A DNA stretch of 64,000 nt from a virus (lineage: Duplodnaviria > Caudoviricetes), in IMG/VR virus record IMGVR_UViG_3300025875_000590, positions 23,201 through 87,200 of that record. The stretch is one strand, 5' to 3'. A program made the position numbers and the translations under genes. Below are positions 18,240-26,864 of the stretch, piece after piece. The number at the start of each line of letters is the position of its first letter. Positions within the stretch are counted from its first letter, which is position 1. The notes beneath the pieces are model-generated. The model did not search any database, was not told where the DNA came from, and saw nothing but the letters and a program-made list of their open reading frames with translations.

Positions 18240-19018
18240 CAGCCGGCCGCGAAGGGCACGTAGCCCTCGAGGGAGGTGATGGGGGTGGCCAGCGCGGTGA
18301 GGTCGCCGTCCGGGGGCAGGGAGACCTGCCAGTCCCCGGCCCAGGTGAGGGTGATGGGGGCCGCGACCCGGCCACCGTTCGGGGCCTCGATGACGACCGC
18401 GACGGCGACGGTGCTCATGCCGGTGGACAGGTAGGTGAAGCCGACGATCTCCCCGGCCTGCCCGCTGCCGGTGATGGCGACGGGGTTGGTCGCGGCGAGC
18501 TCGACCAGCGCGTCGCGCCCGGGTCCGGGGGCGGTGAGCTCGCCGACGGCGCGCTCGAGGACCTGCGGGTCGGTGAGGGCGGCGATGAACCCGGCGGCGG
18601 CGAACAGCGCCCCGGTAGGGGTGCGGGCGTAGCAGCGGGCCACGCCCCCGTCGTTGAGGACGGGACCGACCTGCGCGGCGAACGGGGCGAGCATCCGCCC
18701 GACCGGCAGCCACTGCGCGGCCGGGGGCTGCGCCCGGGTGGGCAGCGACTGGTCCTCGGCGGGCAGGTCCGAGGGGCAGGCGGCGAGCTCGCGGCCACCG
18801 ACGGGGCGGGGAGCGACGCCGCTGGGGACCGCGCTGGGGGCGGCACTGCTCGGCGCGGCGGCCGGGGGCGCCTGCTCGGGCGTGCGGTCGTGGAGCAGGA
18901 CGAAGGCGAGGGCGGCGGCGACGGCAACCACCAGCAGCCCGGACGCCCACGTCCAGCCGGGGTGGGCGAACCGGCGCCGCGGAGCGGCGGGGGGCGCGGG
19001 CGTCCGGGTGCCGAGCAT
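18239..19018 (-). CDS. Bitopic conjugation protein (VirB8-like position)
   Basis: One TM, Pro-rich linker, CYARTPTGALFAA motif. Confidence 0.7.
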   Translation of the reverse strand: MLGTRTPAPPAAPRRRFAHPGWTWASGLLVVAVAAALAFVLLHDRTPEQAPPAAAPSSAAPSAVPSGVAPRPVGGRELAACPSDLPAEDQSLPTRAQPPAAQWLPVGRMLAPFAAQVGPVLNDGGVARCYARTPTGALFAAAGFIAALTDPQVLERAVGELTAPGPGRDALVELAATNPVAITGSGQAGEIVGFTYLSTGMSTVAVAVVIEAPNGGRVAAPITLTWAGDWQVSLPPDGDLTALATPITSLEGYVPFAAG

Positions 19019-19326
19019 CAGACGAGCACCGCCCCGATGATCGCGGAGGCGGAGCCGGCGATGACCGCGGCGGCGAGGACCTTCACGACGCCGCCGGTGA
19101 CCTCGACGTGGCCCTGCCGGTTGTGCTCGATCGCCATCTTCCCGGCGACGACGAGCAGGCCGGCGACGCAGAGCCCGAACACGACCCAGGCGGCCCACCC
19201 GAGCACGGTGAGGAAGCCGTCGGAGCCGGGGGGCGCCTCGCCCTGGCCGGGGTCGGGGATGGCGGCCAGCACGTCGAGGGCGGCGAGGTTGGCGGAGGCG
19301 AGCTGGGTGGTGAGCAGGTGCGACAC
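19018..19326 (-). CDS. Conjugative pilin-like protein
   Basis: PDPGQGEAPPG followed by two TMs; first gene of operon, GGGAGG RBS. Confidence 0.7.
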   Translation of the reverse strand: MSHLLTTQLASANLAALDVLAAIPDPGQGEAPPGSDGFLTVLGWAAWVVFGLCVAGLLVVAGKMAIEHNRQGHVEVTGGVVKVLAAAVIAGSASAIIGAVLV

Positions 19327-19346
19327 GAGGGACCTCCCGGTAGGGG

Positions 19347-19414
19347 GGCCGTCAGCGGACGTGACGGCCAGTTTCCGGGGCGGACTCTACGCCCGCTCAT
19401 GTGGGGGGCGTCAA
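19347..19414 (-). promoter_or_regulatory. Promoter of MPF operon with downstream palindrome
   Basis: TTGACG-19-TAGAGT; GGCCGTCA-N7-TGACGGCC at 19347-19369. Confidence 0.55.
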
Positions 19415-19445
19415 TGGGTGACGCGGAGATCACCGTCCGCTGTGG

Positions 19446-20537
19446 TCAGCCGAGCCCGGTCAGGTCAACGCCGCGGGCGCGGAGGAACGGCACCGGGTCG
19501 ATGAAGCCGCTGGTCACCGAGCCGCCCTGCAGGATCTCGAAGTGCAGGTGGGGGCCGGTCGAGTCGCCGTAGGTGCCGACGCGGGTGATCTGCTGCCCGA
19601 CCTGCACCCGGTCCCCGACGCGCACGAGAACGTTCGCCGGCGTGGCGTGCGCGTAGCGGGTGACGACCCCACCGCCGTGGTCGATGGCCACCAGCGTGCC
19701 GTAGCCCCCGCAGGGGCGGGCGTTGGTGAGGCAGGCCATGACGACGATGCCGTCCGCGGCGGCGACAACGGGCGTGCCGAGGGGAGCACCGATGTCCGCG
19801 CCGTTGTGCATCCGCCCCCAGCGCATCCCGAACCCGGACGTGAAGCGGCCGACCGCGGGCTTCGTCCAGCCCTCGGCGGTGGGAGCCCCACCGGCCAGCG
19901 GAGGCGTCTCCTGGCACGCGGCCCCACCGGTGGCCGGGGAGGGCACGAGGCCCCCGCCGAGCGCGGCAACGACGGCGGTCGCGGCGGGCCAGTACTTCTC
20001 GTAGTGCCACGGGTCGGCGTTGCGCTGCACGGCGTGCGCCGCGGCGGTCGGGGTCATCGTCTGCCAGCCCTGCACGTCGAGCAGCCCGCGCTGCCCACCG
20101 CGCCCACCGGTGAAGAACATGACCGCCGACCCGTAGGCGTCCAGCCGCACCTCCCGCGGCCCCCACGGGTCCCGCTGCTGGAACCACCCCAGAGAGTCCG
20201 GCCCGGCCAGGTCGCCGTGGTCGACGGCGGTGAGAGCGGACTCCCCCATCGAGGTCATGACCCCGATCGTCTGCCCGAACACCGGGACGCCGCTGTCCGC
20301 GCCGGCCTTCATGATCGCGGCGGCGCCGACCAGCTGCGCACCGGAGTACCCAGCGACCGACGCCGCCGGCGCTGGAGCACCCGGTGCGCCGGCGACGGGG
20401 GAGGCGGTGACCGCGCCCTCCCCGCAGACGGTGGTGGTGGCGACCTCCCGGGACCCGGCGATGACCACCCCGACGCCGAGCAGCACGACGAGCAGCGGCA
20501 GCGCGATCGCCGGCAGCAGCCGCAGGAGGATCTTCAC
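19446..20537 (-). CDS. Conjugation cell-wall hydrolase (lysozyme-like region plus M23 peptidase)
   Basis: N-terminal TM, DSLGWFQQR, HNGAD and HLHFE M23 zinc motifs. Confidence 0.9.
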   Translation of the reverse strand: MKILLRLLPAIALPLLVVLLGVGVVIAGSREVATTTVCGEGAVTASPVAGAPGAPAPAASVAGYSGAQLVGAAAIMKAGADSGVPVFGQTIGVMTSMGESALTAVDHGDLAGPDSLGWFQQRDPWGPREVRLDAYGSAVMFFTGGRGGQRGLLDVQGWQTMTPTAAAHAVQRNADPWHYEKYWPAATAVVAALGGGLVPSPATGGAACQETPPLAGGAPTAEGWTKPAVGRFTSGFGMRWGRMHNGADIGAPLGTPVVAAADGIVVMACLTNARPCGGYGTLVAIDHGGGVVTRYAHATPANVLVRVGDRVQVGQQITRVGTYGDSTGPHLHFEILQGGSVTSGFIDPVPFLRARGVDLTGLG

Positions 20538-21031
20538 TGCACCGGCCGGATCCGCTCGACCCGCCACGGCGAAATCCCGTCCTCCCGGACCATGAGCACC
20601 AGGTAGGGCCCGGCGTCGGTGTCGACGGTGGCCTCGGCGAGCCACGCCGACGGGCTGGTCACCGTGGCGTCGGCGAAGTTGGTGACCGCCACCTCGGCCG
20701 GGTCGGTGCCGTAGTAGGCGGCCTGCCCCGCCGGGGTGAGCAGCCCGGCGAGCTGCTCGTACCAGACGTCGGCCGGGACGTCGGCGGCGTAGGCGCCCAT
20801 CGCCTGCAGCGCGAGCAGGCGGGTGGTCTCGGCGTCGGCCTCGGTCCAGGTGGGCACGGCGGCGCTGCTGGCCGGCAGCTCGTCCAGCGCGGGCGAGGGC
20901 TCGGCCGCGGTCGAGGACACCGCCGAGCTCGGCGGGGAGCTGCTGGCCGTGGGCTTGGAGCTGATGCTCAGGGAGCAGCCGGTGAGGGCGAGCACGGCCC
21001 CGACGGTGACAGCGGACGACAGGCGGCGCAT
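20534..21031 (-). CDS. Putative lipoprotein of the conjugation module
   Basis: Signal peptide with LALTGC lipobox, Ser/Pro linker. Confidence 0.7.
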   Translation of the reverse strand: MRRLSSAVTVGAVLALTGCSLSISSKPTASSSPPSSAVSSTAAEPSPALDELPASSAAVPTWTEADAETTRLLALQAMGAYAADVPADVWYEQLAGLLTPAGQAAYYGTDPAEVAVTNFADATVTSPSAWLAEATVDTDAGPYLVLMVREDGISPWRVERIRPVQ

Positions 21032-21170
21032 GATGATCCGATCCACAAGGGTTGACGGGATGCCCCATCAGACCACGAGAATGGGCGACACGTCAGCAGC
21101 GGACGCGGAGCCGACGACCGGGGCTAGGCACACTGGCGCGGCCGGTGACACCGAACAGAGGGAGCGCGGC

Positions 21171-21620
21171 GTGGCGGAGCAGGACGAGGCCGACGGCCAC
21201 GGCGAGGGGCTGGCGGGCAAGCTCGACCGCCTGTTCGCCACGGTGCTCAACCCGGCCACCGGCCGCCCGTACAGCCACGAGGACGTCGCCACCGCCCTCG
21301 CCGGTGCCGGTGGCCCGACGATCTCGGCGACCTACCTGTGGCAGCTGCGCCGCGGGCAGCGCACCAACCCGCGGATGAGCCACCTCGAGGCCCTCGCCCG
21401 CCACTTCGGGGTCGACCCCGCCTACTTCTTCCCCGGGGAGCTCGCCGCCGAGGCCGCCGAGCGGATGGCCACCGCCGCCGCGCTGCGCGACACCCGGGCG
21501 CTGGGGATCGCCCGGCAGGCCGCCGCCCTCGGGCACGGCAGCCTCGACGTCGTGGCCCTCGTGGTCGCCCACCTGCACAACCTCGAGGGCCACAACCCCG
21601 TCCGCGTCGCCTCGGCCTAG
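21171..21620 (+). CDS. XRE-family HTH regulator, EspR-like
   Basis: KLDRLF...ISATYLWQLRRGQRTNPRMSHLEALARHFGVDPAYFF; GAGGGAG RBS. Confidence 0.85.
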   Translation: MAEQDEADGHGEGLAGKLDRLFATVLNPATGRPYSHEDVATALAGAGGPTISATYLWQLRRGQRTNPRMSHLEALARHFGVDPAYFFPGELAAEAAERMATAAALRDTRALGIARQAAALGHGSLDVVALVVAHLHNLEGHNPVRVASA

Positions 21621-22297
21621 CGGCCCCGCTCCCGGTCCGCCCCGCGCCCGCGCCCGCGGGCCTTCGGTGCCCGGCCCCTTGCCGGGGAGCCCTGCTCGCG
21701 CACCGCCTCGGCCGCAGGCTTGGCCTGCGACCGGCCGGCCAGCACCGCCGCCTCGGTGCCCTCCTTGTCCACGCCGAGCCCGCGCACCCGGTCCTCCGGG
21801 TCGGCGATGAGCACCTCGACCGGCGGCACACCCCCCCGAGCAGGTGCAGCGTCGGCGGCCCGCACGTCGGCCACCGGCACCTCGCTGTAGGCCTCGTGCC
21901 CGGTCTGCACCGCCACCGTCTCCGGCAGATCAGGAATCGACCGCCAGTCCGCGCCGAACCGCTGCTCGAGGACCCGCTCGGCCTGCCGGCGGTCGTCGGC
22001 GGCCAGCACCGCGATCGCCGTCGGAGCCTCGCGGGCATCCCGCCGCCGAGCGGCTTCGGTCATGGGCAGCCCCAGGTCGCCGGTCTCTCGGTCTCGCGGG
22101 CGGACCGCTTCCTTCACCGCGGTGGTCGCCATGCTGCGCTGCCGGTCCGCCGCCGCCTGAGCACCCGCCGAGGACGCCCGAGCGCGAGCCTCATCCTCCC
22201 GCCTGCGGGCCATGTTCTCCAGCACCTGCCCGGCGCCGGTCAGCACGACCCGCTTGGCCCCGTCGAGGACCTCCTCCACACCATCACCCTCGGACAT
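21617..22297 (-). CDS. Relaxase-associated hypothetical protein
   Basis: 226 aa ORF directly after relaxase. Confidence 0.6.
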   Translation of the reverse strand: MSEGDGVEEVLDGAKRVVLTGAGQVLENMARRREDEARARASSAGAQAAADRQRSMATTAVKEAVRPRDRETGDLGLPMTEAARRRDAREAPTAIAVLAADDRRQAERVLEQRFGADWRSIPDLPETVAVQTGHEAYSEVPVADVRAADAAPARGGVPPVEVLIADPEDRVRGLGVDKEGTEAAVLAGRSQAKPAAEAVREQGSPARGRAPKARGRGRGADRERGR

Positions 22298-22309
22298 CGC
22301 TCCCCCTCG

Positions 22310-23842
22310 TCATCGCTCCACCCCGCGGTCGCGGGACGTCGTCGTGCGCGCTCGAGCACGCTCCAGATCGGCAGGCAGCACCGCCCCCGGTGCCGGGCGT
22401 GAACTGCTGGGCGCCGAAGTCACGCCAGACGGCGCGGGCGTGAACTGCGGCGTGGGGAGGGTGGCGGCGATGGTGACGAGCTCCCCGCGGGCCATCCGCG
22501 CGATCTCCTCCGCCCGCCGCGCCTCCCCCACCGCCCCGTGCCAGTCGTGCAACGCCCGCGTCGTGTTGGACAGCTGCCGCAGCAGCACCGCCTGCGCCAC
22601 CGTCCCCTGCCCCCCGTGCGCGATCGAGGCGAGCAGCAGCGCCGCCCCCCGCGCCGACGGGCCCCGCCGAGCCCCCTTCGCCTCGTGCGCCCGGATCTGC
22701 GCCGACCGGGCCAGGGAATCCGCGGCGTGCGCGAGCGGCCCCGGCACGTCGCCCTCCACGGCCACCGACCAGGCGGCGAACGCGCCGGCGGTCTCCCCCG
22801 CCACCCGAGCCCACGTCGCCCGGTCGGTGACCGGCACCGACCGCAGCCACGCCTGCAGCTGCCCGATCTCGACCGCCGCCGCCTCCCACAGCTCCGGCCC
22901 GGGGGTGACCAGCTCCGGCCCGGAGCGCACCGGTGCCCGGCCGCGTTTCGCCGCGGTCCACTCCTCGACGGCCTCCCCCACCGCCTCGACCGACCGGTCC
23001 CACCCGGCGGCCTCCCGCAGCCGAGGCAGCGTGAGGTCCTTCGCCAGGTGCCCGCCGCCGTAGAAGATGCCGTCCCCGCCCGGTGCCGGCCGGGCGACGG
23101 AGTGCCCGCCGACGACGTCGTCCCGGTCCGCGGCGAACCGGGCGTCGACGCGCAGCCCCGCCCGGCGGAGCCGGCGCACGAACTCCGCCTCGCTCGAGGC
23201 CGCCGCTGCAGCCGCCCGCACGGTGCGCGCCAGCCGCACGGTCTCCGGCTCCCGCCCGGCCGCCGCCGCCCGCTCGAGCACCGGCCGGGACACCCCGCGG
23301 TCCCCGCGGCCAGCGCCTCGGGCCTCCAGGCGCACCAGCCCGTACTTCGCCTCCAGCTCCCGGGCGAGGGCCTGAGCGCGCGGCCGGTCCCGCCACACGT
23401 TGGCCTTGGTGCCGTCCTCCCGCACGAGGGAGGTGACGAAGTGGATGTGGTCGTTGCCGCCCTTGCTCGGGCCGTGGTGCACGGCGACCCACCGGCAGGG
23501 GGCCTTCCCGTCGGCGCCGGAGAACCCCATGCCGTCGGCGATGTCCTGCGCGATCGCCGCCCACTTCTCATCCGGCAGCCGGCCCTCGTCGGCGGCCAGC
23601 GCCCAGGAGGCGTGCCACACGTGCCCGTCGGGGACGTCGACGTGGAACGCCCGCCGCGGCCCGCCGAGGTCCCGCCCGATCGCCAGCGCTTGCTCGTGGG
23701 ACAGGACGGCGGTGTCGTACCAGGCCATGATCGCCGGATCGCCGGCGACCAGGTGCGGGTCGACGTGCTGGTTGTCCCGCCCGGGCCCGACCAGGTAGGC
23801 CATGAGCCCACCGAGCCGGTTCCCGCGGGTGATGTTCGGCAT
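22310..23842 (-). CDS. Relaxase (MOBP/VirD2-like HUH family)
   Basis: MAYLVGPG (catalytic Tyr region), VWHASWAL, HHGPSKGGNDHIHFV. Confidence 0.9.
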   Translation of the reverse strand: MPNITRGNRLGGLMAYLVGPGRDNQHVDPHLVAGDPAIMAWYDTAVLSHEQALAIGRDLGGPRRAFHVDVPDGHVWHASWALAADEGRLPDEKWAAIAQDIADGMGFSGADGKAPCRWVAVHHGPSKGGNDHIHFVTSLVREDGTKANVWRDRPRAQALARELEAKYGLVRLEARGAGRGDRGVSRPVLERAAAAGREPETVRLARTVRAAAAAASSEAEFVRRLRRAGLRVDARFAADRDDVVGGHSVARPAPGGDGIFYGGGHLAKDLTLPRLREAAGWDRSVEAVGEAVEEWTAAKRGRAPVRSGPELVTPGPELWEAAAVEIGQLQAWLRSVPVTDRATWARVAGETAGAFAAWSVAVEGDVPGPLAHAADSLARSAQIRAHEAKGARRGPSARGAALLLASIAHGGQGTVAQAVLLRQLSNTTRALHDWHGAVGEARRAEEIARMARGELVTIAATLPTPQFTPAPSGVTSAPSSSRPAPGAVLPADLERARARTTTSRDRGVER

Positions 23843-24081
23843 CACAGCCCAGCCACCCCCAGGTCCTCGACCACCTGCTGCAACTCGGGGGTGACCCCGA
23901 CGCTGCCGTACTCGCCGTCCGCGTCGTCGGCCAGGCTGCGGGCGAGCTCGACCACGGCGCGGAGCGCGGCCAGGGGCACGGTCACCGTGCGGTCCCCGTC
24001 CTCGGCCGGGCACAGGTGCACCTCCTCGCCGCGCCTGTACCACCGCCCGCACGGCTGGTGATACAGCTGGTTGGCCGGCAT
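23842..24081 (-). CDS. Small hypothetical protein
   Basis: TGATG overlaps on both sides. Confidence 0.55.
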   Translation of the reverse strand: MPANQLYHQPCGRWYRRGEEVHLCPAEDGDRTVTVPLAALRAVVELARSLADDADGEYGSVGVTPELQQVVEDLGVAGL

Positions 24082-24203
24082 CACCAGACCACCTCGCAGT
24101 ACGCGCAGTGGTGCCCGCCGTCGTGGCCGGGGTCCTCGCCGCACCAGTGCAGCACCCGGCCGTCGTCCTCCAGCTCGTCACCGCAGTCCGGCGGGAAGCT
24201 CAT
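24081..24203 (-). CDS. 40-aa Cys/His-rich microprotein
   Basis: C..WC..H..HHC..C pattern; overlap-coupled. Confidence 0.5.
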   Translation of the reverse strand: MSFPPDCGDELEDDGRVLHWCGEDPGHDGGHHCAYCEVVW

Positions 24204-24391
24204 CGCCGGGCCGCCCGCCGAGCGCGACGCCGCGGCGCCGGGATCTCCAGCCCAGCCACAACGGCGCAATCGGGGATAACAGCCCCGTTGGAGTCGAAGC
24301 CGCCGTTGGTGCCACACAGCGGCATCGCGGAGCCACCGTTGGTGCCACGCTCGTCCCACGAGCAGCCCACGGCCGAGCACACCTCGGTCAC
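24200..24391 (-). CDS. Small Cys-containing hypothetical protein
   Basis: Overlap-coupled; duplicated GTNGG. Confidence 0.45.
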   Translation of the reverse strand: MTEVCSAVGCSWDERGTNGGSAMPLCGTNGGFDSNGAVIPDCAVVAGLEIPAPRRRARRAARR

Positions 24392-24819
24392 CCCTCCACC
24401 CCCAGGATCCGAGCCGTCGCGCACGGCCACGCCACCAGATGCACGTCCGGGTGCAGGTACGGCCCGTCCTCGCCATCCCACTCGTCGGGCCCCGAGCACT
24501 CCCGGCACACCGCCGCCGCCACGCCGCCACCGAGCAGCAGCCGCACCAAGCCGGGCATGGCGAACGGCCGGTGCAGCGCCCCGAGCTCCATGACCAGATC
24601 CCGCGCCGGCGGCACCTCGGCGCGCTCCTCGAGCACGTCGATCGGCAGGGTCACCTGCCAGTCCGACTGCGACCCGTCCGCCGACCGGACCAGGATCGTC
24701 GGAGCAGCCGCGTACCCGACGACCACGCCCTCCGCGAGCGGCATCGTCATCCCCTTCGGGTCGAACGCCGGCCACACCCGCACCCGCCGCCCCAACCACT
24801 CCCTGGCCGCCTCGCTCAC
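24388..24819 (-). CDS. Phage-type hypothetical protein with LHxP..CxxC..WPCxT zinc motif
   Basis: LHRP, CREC, WPCATARILG. Confidence 0.65.
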   Translation of the reverse strand: MSEAAREWLGRRVRVWPAFDPKGMTMPLAEGVVVGYAAAPTILVRSADGSQSDWQVTLPIDVLEERAEVPPARDLVMELGALHRPFAMPGLVRLLLGGGVAAAVCRECSGPDEWDGEDGPYLHPDVHLVAWPCATARILGVEG

Positions 24820-25061
24820 GCCGGGACCCCCAGCGTCAGCAGCAGCACGTCGTAGTAGGCCCCGACGTCGACCCGTTCCGCCCGCAGCACCGCATCCCCC
24901 TCCGGCAGCTTCTCCCGCAGCATCTCCAGCAGCCCCTCGACCGCGAACCGGTCCTGCTCGTAGCCCGGCGCCAGATGCGCCGACACGAACACCCCCGGCC
25001 GCCCGCCGAGCACCGCCAGCCCCGCCGCCTGCTGCGCCGCCTCCAGCAGCTCCACCCTCAC
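24816..25061 (-). CDS. Hypothetical protein
   Basis: Overlap-coupled to mobC. Confidence 0.55.
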   Translation of the reverse strand: MRVELLEAAQQAAGLAVLGGRPGVFVSAHLAPGYEQDRFAVEGLLEMLREKLPEGDAVLRAERVDVGAYYDVLLLTLGVPA

Positions 25062-25474
25062 GACGCCGGACCCGACGACACGACGTCGATCGCCACATCG
25101 ATCCGGCCACCCGGCCCCGCCAGCCGCCGCAGCTCCAGCAGGTCCTCCCGCACCACCTCGACCGGGAACCCGTCGCCGACGTTCACCCGCCGAGCCGCCT
25201 GGTTCAAGTTCGTCGCCATCCCCGACAGGTCCCGCCGCAGAGCGAACAGCTGCACCAGCAGCTCCCGCCGCACCGCCGGCGTCTCCCCACCCGAGGACAA
25301 CGCGAGCTCCACCAGGGCCTTCTGCAGCGTGATCCCACCGGCCTCCGCGGCGTGCCGCTCCAGCACCTCGAGCTCGTCGTCGGACAGGTCCACCGGGATG
25401 CGGTGCGGCCGACCACCCGGCACCCGCTCGCGCCGCATGCGACCGAGCACCCGGCCCGGCGAGAGATCAGCCAC
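25058..25474 (-). CDS. mobC: MobC relaxosome accessory protein
   Basis: RHH-like N-terminus; LFALRRDLSGMATNLNQAARRVN. Confidence 0.85.
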   Translation of the reverse strand: MADLSPGRVLGRMRRERVPGGRPHRIPVDLSDDELEVLERHAAEAGGITLQKALVELALSSGGETPAVRRELLVQLFALRRDLSGMATNLNQAARRVNVGDGFPVEVVREDLLELRRLAGPGGRIDVAIDVVSSGPAS

Positions 25475-25592
25475 GGTGCACCGCCACCCGGGGCACGAGG
25501 CACCCGCACTCGGATCCGTCGAGCCGGCCACGACAGCCCCGCCTGTCCACAACGTGCTCGGACAGCGGATGCGGACAGCACACCAGCTCCAC
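25467..25592 (-). CDS. 41-aa zinc-finger microprotein upstream of mobC
   Basis: Hand translation VELVCCPHPLSEHVVDRRGCRGRLDGSECGCLVPRVAVHRG; GCTGAGGAGC RBS variant at 25601-25610. Confidence 0.5.
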   Translation of the reverse strand: MELVCCPHPLSEHVVDRRGCRGRLDGSECGCLVPRVAVHRG

Positions 25593-25669
25593 GACGACCA
25601 GCTCCTCAGCCCAGCGCAGCGCCCCCAACGGGCACCCCACCCCGCCACGATCTCACGGCGGCCGGGGCA

Positions 25670-25720
25670 CGCGCCAGCGGTAACTGCGCGTTAGCGCCTA
25701 GCTTGCTCCGCACCACAAGC
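25670..25720 (+). promoter_or_regulatory. Candidate oriT
   Basis: Non-coding gap upstream of mobC; TAAC/GTTA inverted repeat 5' of TAGCTTG^C, MOBP-like. Confidence 0.4.
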
Positions 25721-25817
25721 CCCAGACGGGGCAGGGCGGCCGGTGGGGACCCGTGGACCCGGGCGGTGGGCGAGGCCGGGAGCGGGAGGCTGGCGGGGCG
25801 GGTGACCCCGGACAGCA

Positions 25818-25851
25818 CGAGGCCCCCAGCCGCGGTGCGGTGGGGGCCTCG
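25818..25851. terminator. GAGGCCCCC-type hairpin 1
   Basis: CGAGGCCCCC/GGGGGCCTCG stem. Confidence 0.7.
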
Positions 25852-25864
25852 AGGCGGGAGCGGG

Positions 25865-26110
25865 TCAGGCGGCGTAGACGGCCCAGCCGTGGGCGGTGCG
25901 GACCCAGGTGACGGTGATGCCGGTGCCGCGGGCGGCCCGGTCGACGGCGTTGGCGACGCGGGTGGCGAGGTGCTCGGGGCCCTCGACGCGGGCCTCACCG
26001 TAGGAGATGAGGTCCTCGCGGATGGCGCGGGCGAGGTCGCTGGTGAGCAGGGCCGGGTGGGCGGCGAGGCGGTGGGCGGCGAGGCGGTGGGCGGTGGGGG
26101 CGGGGGGCAT
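25865..26110 (-). CDS. Small hypothetical protein (cassette gene)
   Basis: Between operator 26141 and hairpin 25818. Confidence 0.65.
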   Translation of the reverse strand: MPPAPTAHRLAAHRLAAHPALLTSDLARAIREDLISYGEARVEGPEHLATRVANAVDRAARGTGITVTWVRTAHGWAVYAA

Positions 26111-26140
26111 GGCGGTAGCTGACCATCCCCGCCGGGGAGT

Positions 26141-26156
26141 TGTCCAGTCCTAGACA
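26141..26156. promoter_or_regulatory. Palindromic operator
   Basis: TGTCCAGTCCTAGACA. Confidence 0.8.
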
Positions 26157-26168
26157 GGCGACACGCAG

Positions 26169-26198
26169 GAGGCCCCCACCCGATCGGGTGGGGGCCTC
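26169..26198. terminator. GAGGCCCCC-type hairpin 2
   Basis: Perfect 30-bp palindrome. Confidence 0.75.
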
Positions 26199-26210
26199 GA
26201 GGCCGGGCGC

Positions 26211-26387
26211 TCAGTTGCAGCCGAGGGCCGGGTCCTGGTCGGGGGCGTAGAGCGGGACGACGTGCTCGGTGAGGTCGTCGGCGTTGCGGATCTCGTAGCC
26301 GGGCATGCCGGGGCGGACGACGACGGCGGCGCCGCAGCAGCCGCAGGCCCAGACGTCGGCCGGGTCGGTGGGGAGGACGGCGCGCAT
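26211..26387 (-). CDS. 58-aa hypothetical protein
   Basis: Hand translation MRAVLPTDPADVWACGCCG...; high GC3. Confidence 0.55.
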   Translation of the reverse strand: MRAVLPTDPADVWACGCCGAAVVVRPGMPGYEIRNADDLTEHVVPLYAPDQDPALGCN

Positions 26388-26545
26388 CACGAGCGGGTGA
26401 TGCCGCGGGAGCGCAGCTCGGCCTCGATGCGCCGGTTGTCGGCGAGGACGGCGGCCCGGAGGCGGGGCAGGCGGGGGATGAAGATCGACGGGGTGTAGGC
26501 GTCCATCAGGGCCCGGTCGGTCATGCGGGTGAGGTCGGTGCGCAC
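26387..26545 (-). CDS. 52-aa hypothetical protein
   Basis: GTG 8 nt after GAGGAG of the start-associated motif. Confidence 0.6.
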   Translation of the reverse strand: MRTDLTRMTDRALMDAYTPSIFIPRLPRLRAAVLADNRRIEAELRSRGITRS

Positions 26546-26552
26546 GGGGGAG

Positions 26553-26565
26553 GCTCCTCAGCTGG
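26553..26565 (-). promoter_or_regulatory. Start-associated motif
   Basis: Exact CCAGCTGAGGAGC. Confidence 0.8.
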
Positions 26566-26589
26566 TCGGGCGAGTCGGGGTGGGGTGGG

Positions 26590-26748
26590 TCAGCGGCGGG
26601 GCAGGTGGGCGGTGCGGTCGGCGACGATGCCGTTGGCCATCGCGCGGGCGAGGCGGTCGACCAGGGGGTCGGCGGCGATGCGGCGGAGCTCGCCGGTGGT
26701 CATGCCGCGGAGGGCGGCGCGGGAGAGGGGGCGGTCGCTGGCGGGCAT
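26590..26748 (-). CDS. 52-aa hypothetical protein
   Basis: ATG 30 nt from operator 26778. Confidence 0.5.
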   Translation of the reverse strand: MPASDRPLSRAALRGMTTGELRRIAADPLVDRLARAMANGIVADRTAHLPRR

Positions 26749-26777
26749 GGAGGTAGTACGCCATAGCCCCGCACCGT

Positions 26778-26793
26778 TGTCCAGCACTAGACA
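26778..26793. promoter_or_regulatory. Palindromic operator
   Basis: TGTCCAGCACTAGACA. Confidence 0.8.
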
Positions 26794-26817
26794 CGCCGGG
26801 CGCTCCCCCGCATGAGG

Positions 26818-26849
26818 GAGGCCCCCGCCGCGGGAGCGACGGGGGCCTC
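26818..26849. terminator. GAGGCCCCC-type hairpin 3
   Basis: GAGGCCCCCG/CGGGGGCCTC stem. Confidence 0.7.
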
Positions 26850-26864
26850 GAGGGGGGAGCAGGG

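Larger units (their letters stand above)
11424..25720 (-). mobile_element. Conjugation (MPF + relaxosome + oriT) module
   Basis: DUF4913, T4CP, VirB4, SCO6880, VirB6-like, pilin, M23, relaxase, MobC in the usual actinobacterial order. Confidence 0.85.

Noticed and set aside
19446-20537. M23 gene as phage endolysin
   Set aside because: N-terminal membrane anchor and position among tra genes fit a conjugation wall hydrolase.
24286-24350. Repeated CCGTTGGTGCCAC, also resembling 11401-11413
   Set aside because: Encodes duplicated GTNGG in a small ORF; the 11.4 kb match is one arm of a terminator hairpin.
25544-25564. TGTCC-N11-GGACA as a seventh operator
   Set aside because: Wrong spacer length and inside a probable microgene.
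26056-26094. 15-bp tandem repeat (about 2.6 copies)
   Set aside because: In-frame AHRLA coding duplication; no sign of a non-coding role.
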